Of a DNA stretch of 64,000 bases, positions 57,058 to 64,000 are shown one piece after another. This DNA is from a virus: positions 1-64,000 of the IMG/VR virus record IMGVR_UViG_3300025168_013179. One strand, 5' to 3'. Both the position numbers and the translations under genes were made by a program. How positions within the stretch are numbered: the first letter of the stretch is position 1; each line of letters opens with the position of its first letter. The notes under the pieces were generated by a model. It was not told the origin of the DNA. It was given only the letters and a program-made list of their open reading frames with translations, and made no database searches.

Positions 57058-57741
57058 TTATATCAAACTGTTATTAATAAGTAAATCATAATTATTTTTA
57101 ACTCCTATCATATTTAAGTTATACTCTTTTGCTAATATTGTAACAGCAGTTCCTTCCCCAAACCCTATACCATTCTTAGCATACCTACTTAAATAGGTTC
57201 TAGACCAATCAGCTGTTTCAGAGTTAAAAATGCCTTCAATGTGGGCTTGTAACTCTTTACTACGGCACGCGATCTCTATAGTTTTTGATGAATATGGAAA
57301 AGAAAGAAAAGCTTCGGTTATATAATTGAATGGTTTATCTAATCCATGCTCGGTCATAAATGCAAAATACTCTTTATACGCATTATTCCGTCCTTTAAGT
57401 CTATTTAACTTTGTTAAATGTTTAGGTATAATAACAGATGAGTAAAAAGCAGAGTCGTTCTCTACTATCAGCTTATTAAAATTAACTCTCAGAAAATCAG
57501 CATCAACATAATTTACTCTCTCTTTATACTCCAGCAATAGCTTAAATAAGAACGTTAACTTTGAATAGTAACTAAATTGAGATCTTCCTATTACCTCCTC
57601 ATATTGGTAACTAATACAATTATCGAAATATTGCGGTTGGTCGGTTAGTACGTGAACGGTATCAATTTTACCTACTTTATTAATCTCTTTACCAAACCTT
57701 TTTATAAACTCTGCACCATGACAGACAGTTGCGTATAACAT
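57058..57741 (-). CDS. GT-A-like protein
   Basis: 'VLTD.P', 'K', 'YVDAD'; TATTTAT at 57747-57753. Confidence 0.45.
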   Translation of the reverse strand: MLYATVCHGAEFIKRFGKEINKVGKIDTVHVLTDQPQYFDNCISYQYEEVIGRSQFSYYSKLTFLFKLLLEYKERVNYVDADFLRVNFNKLIVENDSAFYSSVIIPKHLTKLNRLKGRNNAYKEYFAFMTEHGLDKPFNYITEAFLSFPYSSKTIEIACRSKELQAHIEGIFNSETADWSRTYLSRYAKNGIGFGEGTAVTILAKEYNLNMIGVKNNYDLLINNSLI

Positions 57742-57809
57742 ATATAATAAATAGAAAATTTATTGAGACTACCAAACTTTTTAACACTTTTTTTTATATT
57801 TATTAAAAT

Positions 57810-58040
57810 ATGGGAAGTATTATTGATTTAATAGATTTGTTTAACGAAGATAGAGGTGATTCTATCTTTTACTTCTTTGCTGGTTGTATGGTTGCTATAA
57901 TTATTTCTGCTTGGTGGCTTGCAAAACGCTCTTTTGATAACCCTGAAAATACTTTCCATAGATATTTCGATGAAAATGGAGATGAATTTGTAAAAAATAA
58001 AAAGGGTAAATTAATAAAAAAACCCCACCGATTAGGGTAG
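57810..58040 (+). CDS. Small membrane protein
   Basis: Single TM; TATTTAT at 57797-57803 on plus strand. Confidence 0.6.
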   Translation: MGSIIDLIDLFNEDRGDSIFYFFAGCMVAIIISAWWLAKRSFDNPENTFHRYFDENGDEFVKNKKGKLIKKPHRLG

Positions 58041-58044
58041 GGTT
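58016..58044 (-). terminator. Intrinsic terminator of chaperone operon
   Basis: Minus strand AACCCTACC-CTAATC-GGTGGGGTT followed by a T run. Confidence 0.75.
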
Positions 58045-58091
58045 AGTTCAAAATGCGCGTGGCGACTTCGTCGAGAGAGAAAAACGCCCTC
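58043..58091 (-). repeat. GC-rich GAA-triloop hairpin element, copy C
   Basis: Minus strand: GAGGGCGTTTTTCTCTCT-CGAC GAA GTCG-CCACGCGCATTTTGAACTAA. Confidence 0.85.
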
Positions 58092-58092
58092 C

Positions 58093-58260
58093 CTACGCTT
58101 TAGTAGCCTCCATATTAGCCTTTTTGTAAGGCGTAATTAATTTTTTGATCTCTCCTGCTGCTTTTCTAGCTCTTGCTTGAGATGCTTTAGTAGATCCGGA
58201 GTTGTTCTCCTCTAAGATAGCAAACTGAGTTGCTAATTGTTCAAATAATTCGTCTTTCAT
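58093..58260 (-). CDS. Histone H1-like (Hc1 family) small DNA-binding protein, 55 aa
   Basis: MKDELFEQLATQFAILEENNSGSTKASQARARKAAGEIKKLITPYKK... has the 'KA...RARKA..E..K' signature; not in ORF track. Confidence 0.8.
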   Translation of the reverse strand: MKDELFEQLATQFAILEENNSGSTKASQARARKAAGEIKKLITPYKKANMEATKA

Positions 58261-58282
58261 AATTTAATTTAATTGTGCTAGT

Positions 58283-59926
58283 TTATCCTAATAGCATACT
58301 AGGATCGATACCAGCTGGTTTATCGTCTTTATCTTCAGGGTTTTTAGTTACTACTGCCTCAGTAATAAGTAAGGTTCCTGCCACAGATGCAGCATTTTCT
58401 AATGCCAATCTGGTTACTTTAGTTGGGTCTATAATACCTGCTTCAAACATATTAACTATTTCTTTGATTCTAGGATTATATCCTTCCCATTCGTTACCGT
58501 TATCTTTAATCTCTGCTTCTATATCGTGTATGTCTTCTATCTCTATACCTGCGTTTGTAAGTATCTTTTCAAAAGGTTTCTCACAAGCATTTATAACAAT
58601 ATCATAACCGGTAGAAATATGTTCATTGCTATCCTCTGGAATATTATGTATTATTTGCATTGCTGCGTTTAGTAGAGCAATTCCTCCCCCGGGTAGAATA
58701 CCTTCTTCCAATGCTGCTTTTGTAGCATGTAAAGCATCTTCGACTCTATCCTTTTTCTCTTTCATCTCTATCTCTGTATGACCTCCTACATGAACGATAG
58801 CTACTCCTCCAATGAACTTGGCTAATCTATTTTGTAGATTCTCTTTTTCAAATGGTGATGTAGATTCATCTATTTGAGTTTTTATCTCTTCTACCTTCTG
58901 TGTAATTTTATCTTCTTCTCCTTTAGCGTCTATAATAGTAGTAAATTCTTTAGAAATAGTAGCTTTATTAGCTTTACCCAACCATTTAGTATCAAATTTA
59001 TCTAACCTCATACCTTTCTCAGAAGAAACAACTTGTCCACCAGTTAAAATAGCTATATCCTCCATGATAGCTTTTTTTCTATCACCGAATTCTGGTGCTT
59101 TAACTGCAGCACATGCTAGGATACCTCTCATTTTATTTACTACTAATGTAGATAGTGCTTCTCCATCTATATCGTCAGCAATAATTAATAATGACTTATT
59201 TTGTTGAGAAACAGCCTCCAAGATAGGAAGTAACTCTTTGACCTGATTTAGTCTTTTATCGACTATAAGAACGAAAGGTTCTTTCAGTACTGCTGTCATA
59301 GAGTTATTATCAGTAACAAAATATGGAGACTTATAACCTCTGTCGAACTGCATTCCTTCAACCGTCTCTAAGTACGTTTCTCCGGTTTTCGACTCTTCTA
59401 TCGTAACTACTCCATCTCTTCCTACCTTGTCCATGGCTGTTGAAATTAATTCACCAACTTCTGTGTCATTATTAGCAGATATTGTAGCAATTTGTTTTAA
59501 TTGCGCCTCATCTGTAATTTCTTTTGAATACCCTTCAAGGTACTCTACTACTTTTTTAGTAGCTTCATCAATACCTTTTTTGATTTCTACTGCGTTTGAT
59601 CCTGCTTCCAGTCTCTCTAAACCTTCTGCTAATATAGATTGTGCTAATAATGTAGAGGTAGTAGTACCATCCCCGGCATAATCAGCTGTTTTAATAGCAG
59701 CTTGTTTTACAATTTGAGCTCCTAAGTTTTGTATTTTATCTTCTAAAACAATTGATTTAGCTACTGTAACTCCATCTTTTGTAGATATAGGATTACCCAT
59801 ATCTTGTTCTATAATAACATTACGTCCAGAAGGACCTAAAGTTGCAGTAACTGCATCAGCTAGTTTATTTACCCCGTTAGATAATTCTATCCTTGCAGGG
59901 TTTGCAAATGTAATTTTTTTACTCAT
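58283..59926 (-). CDS. groL: Chaperonin GroEL
   Basis: 'TLGP.GRNV', 'TKDGVTVAK', 'GDGTTT', 'GMQFDRGY.SPYF', 'GIIDP.KV.R.AL'. Confidence 0.98.
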   Translation of the reverse strand: MSKKITFANPARIELSNGVNKLADAVTATLGPSGRNVIIEQDMGNPISTKDGVTVAKSIVLEDKIQNLGAQIVKQAAIKTADYAGDGTTTSTLLAQSILAEGLERLEAGSNAVEIKKGIDEATKKVVEYLEGYSKEITDEAQLKQIATISANNDTEVGELISTAMDKVGRDGVVTIEESKTGETYLETVEGMQFDRGYKSPYFVTDNNSMTAVLKEPFVLIVDKRLNQVKELLPILEAVSQQNKSLLIIADDIDGEALSTLVVNKMRGILACAAVKAPEFGDRKKAIMEDIAILTGGQVVSSEKGMRLDKFDTKWLGKANKATISKEFTTIIDAKGEEDKITQKVEEIKTQIDESTSPFEKENLQNRLAKFIGGVAIVHVGGHTEIEMKEKKDRVEDALHATKAALEEGILPGGGIALLNAAMQIIHNIPEDSNEHISTGYDIVINACEKPFEKILTNAGIEIEDIHDIEAEIKDNGNEWEGYNPRIKEIVNMFEAGIIDPTKVTRLALENAASVAGTLLITEAVVTKNPEDKDDKPAGIDPSMLLG

Positions 59927-59928
59927 GA

Positions 59929-60249
59929 TTATATGTCGTTATGTTTAGTTTCTTCCCTAATAACAGCTAGTATTTCTCTATCTTGAGCTACTAAATACTC
60001 TTCACCTTCAAAATCTATTCTTAAAGTACCTAATTTAGGAACTAAGACAGTATCTCCTACATGACACGATCTAATAGGAATCATTTTACCGTATTCAGAT
60101 AATCTACCAGACCCGATGGCTACTACTGTACCCATTTCTGGTTTTTCTTTTCCTAAATCTGGTATTACTATGGATCCGTAGGTTTGTTCTCCTTCATCTA
60201 AAGGTTTAATCAGTACTCTATCATTAGAGGGTATTAATTTTTTAGTCAT
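59929..60249 (-). CDS. groS: Co-chaperonin GroES
   Basis: 'P..DRVLI', 'G.VVA.G.G', 'VGD.VL', 'ILAVI'. Confidence 0.95.
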   Translation of the reverse strand: MTKKLIPSNDRVLIKPLDEGEQTYGSIVIPDLGKEKPEMGTVVAIGSGRLSEYGKMIPIRSCHVGDTVLVPKLGTLRIDFEGEEYLVAQDREILAVIREETKHNDI

Positions 60250-60267
60250 AACTTATTTATTTATTAT

Positions 60268-60299
60268 TAATATAAGATTAATTTATTTAAGAGGCAACT
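60268..60299 (-). promoter_or_regulatory. Host-type promoter for groES/groEL
   Basis: AGTTG-N17-TCTTATATTA. Confidence 0.7.
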
Positions 60300-60314
60300 C
60301 GAGAGCGGGAAAGT

Positions 60315-60728
60315 TTAGCTAATTTTCAAAGTTTTTGGTTCTGATCCTTTAGCAAAAGGAATAATAACTTGTAATAGTCCGTTTTTAAATTCAGCTGTAG
60401 CTTTACTTAAGTTAAACTTACTATCTATCTTCCAACCTAAGTTGAATGATCTTTTAGCGATGCCTTTGTGAATATACTTTCCAGTATTATCATCGCCGTC
60501 TGGTTTATCGTAATTTACTCTAATTATATTACCTTCTATTTGAATATCGATATCTTCTTTTGAGATCCCGGTACAAGCTATATCTAAGCCTAAACCTATT
60601 TCTTTTTCGTAAATATCTACTGGGTGAGGTAATTTGGATTCTGCCAACGGTCTGTAAGTGTTGGCGTCTTGGAAAAAATTTCTTACTAAAATGTCGAACG
60701 GATTACGTTCATAAAATAATGTACTCAT
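60315..60728 (-). CDS. Small heat-shock protein (Hsp20/IbpA-like)
   Basis: 'YIHKGIAKRSF', 'A.FKNGLL.V'. Confidence 0.92.
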   Translation of the reverse strand: MSTLFYERNPFDILVRNFFQDANTYRPLAESKLPHPVDIYEKEIGLGLDIACTGISKEDIDIQIEGNIIRVNYDKPDGDDNTGKYIHKGIAKRSFNLGWKIDSKFNLSKATAEFKNGLLQVIIPFAKGSEPKTLKIS

Positions 60729-60804
60729 ATCATTGTGTTTTGTGAGTGCCTAAGCTACTCGGTTAATAAAAATTAAAATCGCTCTCGAGTCGATTCTCTT
60801 TATA

Positions 60805-60811
60805 ATAAATA
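60805..60811 (-). promoter_or_regulatory. TATTTAT motif upstream of hsp20 structured leader
   Basis: Motif in the pol-hsp20 intergenic region. Confidence 0.55.
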
Positions 60812-60826
60812 TCTCTATTTTTAGTT

Positions 60827-63151
60827 TTAATGTCCATCTCTCCAGTTATCTGATATCTCAGGAGGTGCTTTTAACGTAACGCCAGGTAGTTGAGTAGTAG
60901 TCTCCATAATCTCTTGAACTATAGGAGCAAACATAGCAACATCTTTCTTATCGCAGTTAATAATCAATTGATCATGTACTTGAGCTTGTACAGAAGCATC
61001 TATACCAAGTTCTTTAGCTTTACGGTTAATTACTAAAGCAGCTCTATTCACAACAGCAGCTGCTAAACTCTGTAACTGAAAGTTAAGGCAGTTATTAAGC
61101 CCATTTCTAAAGTCTCTATAAGCTTTGATAACCTTATCTTTACCGTAAGTAGGTTCTAACGACTTTCTAAATCTCCAATCCATTAATTTATTATCGAATT
61201 TTTCATAGTACTGCTTAACTCGAGGCAAATGTCTAATTCTACCGACGTAGTTAGTTATACGTCCATAGGCTTTAACTTCTTCTCTAGATCTCTCTCTCCA
61301 TTCAGCTAACTGAGGAAAACCATCTAGGTATCCTTTGATAAGTCTCTCAGCTTCTTTCTGATCTACACCTAATGTCATTTTAAGAGCATAAGCTTCCATA
61401 CCGTAGGCAATACCTAAAGAATAAGCTTTAGCTTTATTACGTTTAATAGGGTCTAGCTTTTTAAGGTAGTTATCAGCTTTTTTATCAGCAGATACTCCTT
61501 GTAAGTTCTCAGTTTGTATAGCAACAGTAGAGTAGAAGTCCCATCCTTTTCTAAATATCTCCCTTAGGTTCTCATCTCCTGTTACTGATGCAAAGCAATG
61601 AGGCTCTAGTGATTCGTAATCAGCATCGATAACCTTTCTACCATCACCAGCAGTTAAGAAAGCTCTAACTATATTAACATACTTCATAATGATAGGAGCA
61701 TCTTCTCCTTCTTCTAAAGGTTTAGGCAGCTGTTGAGCATCAGATCCATAACGACCAGACACAGTTCCGTTCTGCTTAAAGTAAAAGTAGTATCTACCGT
61801 CCTCATTCCTATCTCTAAATCTATCTACGTAAGTAGACTTAATCTTAAGCAACTTATTATATATACGTAAGTTCTCAGCCCATGCATAAGTCTTAGATAA
61901 CTCCTCAACCATACTCATGTCAAACTTATCTCTACCGGATTTAGTATTAGCTCCTGATACTTTAGGTTTAATGCCCATATACTTAAAGACTATCTCTCCT
62001 AAATGCTTCTTTGACTGTATATTAATGTAGTCTCCATCGTTAGATTCTTTCCATAGCGACATCGATAAACGTGCTTTCTCAACGTCCTCTAGTAGGCTTT
62101 GATCTCCGGTAAGCAAAAACTGCTTAACACTAGAGTCATCTAACTCTTCGATATACTTTTGAGTAAGAGAGTACTTACCAGTCTTTTCGGACTTAGGTAA
62201 TGGTAGAGAGTACCTTTGTACTAGCGTTTGAGCCCAATTACCTTTATGAGAAACTGGATAGTTAGTCATAGAAGTAGCTACTACCCATTCTTTAACCTCT
62301 GGTATAGCAAGTAAAGACTTCATAACAATCTCTTTATTCTCTTTTTGATCTATTACTATCTCGTCATGTATCTTATTAAGTAAGTTCATATCAAGATCGA
62401 CTCCTTGAGCTTCCATAGGTACAGTCACTTCACGGTAGATAGGCATAACCTCTTCTTCAAAGAAAAACTTCTCTAAGCCTTCCTCTTTAAGCTTTTTAAG
62501 GTATAGATTACATATACGAAGAGTAAGATCGGTATCTGCAGAAGCATACTTAGATAATATATCTAAATCAGCTTTATAAATCTCGTATAAAGCCTTTGTA
62601 GTCTGGCCACCGTTCTTTTTAATACTCTCTTTAAGTTCAACTTGCTCTTCGTTAGCGGCTTTCTCTACATCTAAGCCAAGCTCTTTCTGATTCATTATTG
62701 CAATTGACTTTAACCCAAAAGGATTACCGTAACCAAAAGCACCTTCCTCGTAAACTGTATGAACTAGTAAACCAGTATCAACCCAAACGTCAGGAAGTAA
62801 ATCTACACCTAAATAGTTCTTAATAAACTGAACGTCAAACGAAGCATTATGAAATACAAGTTTCTTACCTTTAAGTAACTTAAGTAAGTTCCTAGATATA
62901 GTTTCAGTAGAAGTACCGTCGATAGTCTGTAATTCTAGTTCGTCTTTATCAAAGTTAAATACTAAAGTAGGTAAGTAGAAACCTATTCCTTCGTCACCGG
63001 ATACAGACCATCCTACAATCTTATCCTTTCTAGGATTAAGACCAGTCGTCTCGGTATCAACAGCAATAACTTCTGATTCAGTAATATGTTGATGTAAGAG
63101 TTTTAAGGTCTCCTTATCTTGGACCGTATAGTACTTTTTTTCTAACTGCAT
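60827..63151 (-). CDS. DNA polymerase family A with 3'-5' exonuclease
   Basis: ExoI 'DTETTG', ExoII 'HNASFD', ExoIII 'YASAD'; motif A 'DYESLE', B 'RNKAKAYSLGIAYG', C 'VHDQ'. Confidence 0.96.
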   Translation of the reverse strand: MQLEKKYYTVQDKETLKLLHQHITESEVIAVDTETTGLNPRKDKIVGWSVSGDEGIGFYLPTLVFNFDKDELELQTIDGTSTETISRNLLKLLKGKKLVFHNASFDVQFIKNYLGVDLLPDVWVDTGLLVHTVYEEGAFGYGNPFGLKSIAIMNQKELGLDVEKAANEEQVELKESIKKNGGQTTKALYEIYKADLDILSKYASADTDLTLRICNLYLKKLKEEGLEKFFFEEEVMPIYREVTVPMEAQGVDLDMNLLNKIHDEIVIDQKENKEIVMKSLLAIPEVKEWVVATSMTNYPVSHKGNWAQTLVQRYSLPLPKSEKTGKYSLTQKYIEELDDSSVKQFLLTGDQSLLEDVEKARLSMSLWKESNDGDYINIQSKKHLGEIVFKYMGIKPKVSGANTKSGRDKFDMSMVEELSKTYAWAENLRIYNKLLKIKSTYVDRFRDRNEDGRYYFYFKQNGTVSGRYGSDAQQLPKPLEEGEDAPIIMKYVNIVRAFLTAGDGRKVIDADYESLEPHCFASVTGDENLREIFRKGWDFYSTVAIQTENLQGVSADKKADNYLKKLDPIKRNKAKAYSLGIAYGMEAYALKMTLGVDQKEAERLIKGYLDGFPQLAEWRERSREEVKAYGRITNYVGRIRHLPRVKQYYEKFDNKLMDWRFRKSLEPTYGKDKVIKAYRDFRNGLNNCLNFQLQSLAAAVVNRAALVINRKAKELGIDASVQAQVHDQLIINCDKKDVAMFAPIVQEIMETTTQLPGVTLKAPPEISDNWRDGH

Positions 63152-63173
63152 ATAATATAATATAAGAATTTTT

Positions 63174-63674
63174 TTATAATTTACAAACTAAATAATTATT
63201 AATTAAGGTATTCCAATTATCATTAGTAGGTCTAATAGAACATTTTTTTCTTTGTCCATTAGTCATCCAGTTTATCATTTTTAATTCTCTTCTTTCATTA
63301 ATATAGAAATCCCTATCATTAACAATTTTTTCTCTTGGAACATTAAATACTTCTCCTGTATCACATATAACAGTCAAAAAGTCAAAATTAAGATCAGAAT
63401 GAAGCTGTATAAGATTTCGTTCAGAAGATTTTTTAACATCCATCTTAGGAGTTAAGAATTTTACTGAATAAGTACCTAGATCACCAGTACCGTCTATATT
63501 ATCTTGTCTTGGAGGAGCTGGTTTATAACCTTTATCTATTTTTTCAAGAATAATTTTTTTAGCTTGAGCCTCACCGTATAAGCCAGACACTTGGTCAGGG
63601 TCTAATCCTTCTAGTGGAGCTAACTCTTTAAGTTTATTACAATACTCTAGTATGAGATTTAAATTTTTTGACAT
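63174..63674 (-). CDS. Hypothetical protein, possibly nuclease-like
   Basis: 'GLYGE', 'NIDG', 'YSVK', 'FDFL.V' weakly resemble a PD-(D/E)XK fold. Confidence 0.4.
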   Translation of the reverse strand: MSKNLNLILEYCNKLKELAPLEGLDPDQVSGLYGEAQAKKIILEKIDKGYKPAPPRQDNIDGTGDLGTYSVKFLTPKMDVKKSSERNLIQLHSDLNFDFLTVICDTGEVFNVPREKIVNDRDFYINERRELKMINWMTNGQRKKCSIRPTNDNWNTLINNYLVCKL

Positions 63675-63715
63675 AATATAACCTTTTTATTTACTATAAA
63701 GATAAGAAAAATATC

Positions 63716-64000
63716 TCAGGGAGACAAGCTTTTTTTATAAAAATCGTAAAGTAAGTCTCCTAGAATCTTATACCCATGTCTATTAGGGTGATTTCTTTGA
63801 CCTGGAGGGCTAAACGCTAGTTCAGTATTTTCAAATACATCTCCTCCTATTTTATTCAAATGATCCCAAGCAGTAGAGGCTCCAAATTTCCAATACTTAG
63901 TCTTGTCTACTAACCCCCATTTTTCATTATTAGAATCAAATGAATTCATCTCTTCAAAACCATCTATAAAGATATATTGACATTTTTTATATTTGAAAAA
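63716..64000 (-). CDS. C-terminal part of SGNH-like protein (starts beyond window)
   Basis: 'NHPNRHGYKILGDLLY' SGNH block V-like; similar to the end of 8671-9330. Confidence 0.55.
   Translation of the reverse strand, partial: FFKYKKCQYIFIDGFEEMNSFDSNNEKWGLVDKTKYWKFGASTAWDHLNKIGGDVFENTELAFSPPGQRNHPNRHGYKILGDLLYDFYKKSLSP

Noticed and set aside
970-60745. Numerous 60-110 aa plus-strand ORFs (e.g. 970, 3019, 3226, 14723, 33566, 58275, 59427) antisense to long genes
   Set aside because: Shadow ORFs of well-supported minus-strand genes; no promoter or leader motif
60744-60754. CIRCE-like TTAGGCACTC upstream of hsp20
   Set aside because: Only an imperfect half-site with no partner 9 nt away; better explained as an RNA hairpin arm
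60827-63151. Intein or intron in the DNA polymerase
   Set aside because: Continuous 774-aa ORF with normally spaced motifs
1-64000. Stop-codon reassignment and tRNA genes
   Set aside because: Standard code gives dense full-length genes ending in TAA, TAG and TGA; no cloverleaf-like sequence noticed by eye (tRNAscan not run)

Overview
A 64 kb, strongly AT-rich, densely coding segment of a large myovirus-type (possibly jumbo) phage. Almost all genes are on the minus strand. A Bacteroidota (probably Flavobacteriia) host is inferred from TTG-N20-TAnnTT promoters, a flavobacterial-type IscA and an Hc1 histone-like gene. Contents from left to right: (1) baseplate genes (gp6-, gp25- and spike-like), a T4 gp55-like late sigma factor and an HD hydrolase; (2) an early/accessory region (7-24 kb) of short ORFs behind a highly stereotyped promoter/leader, including a candidate origin/terminus zone; (3) an unusual operon with an ATP-grasp-like protein fused to tandem Hint domains, a stand-alone Hint and a small peptide; (4) a ~21.6 kb nucleotide-sugar/glycosyltransferase cluster; (5) a PD-(D/E)XK nuclease and Nmad1; (6) lysis and envelope genes; (7) tailoring enzymes and purine salvage; (8) GroEL/GroES/Hsp20; (9) a family A DNA polymerase. 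The most notable unexplained signals are the Hint/ATP-grasp short-peptide architecture, a dispersed GC-rich repeat with a covarying GAA-triloop hairpin, a shared C-terminal motif on accessory modification enzymes, and an inverted repeat bracketing hsp20. All family calls are by eye from motifs; no searches were run.
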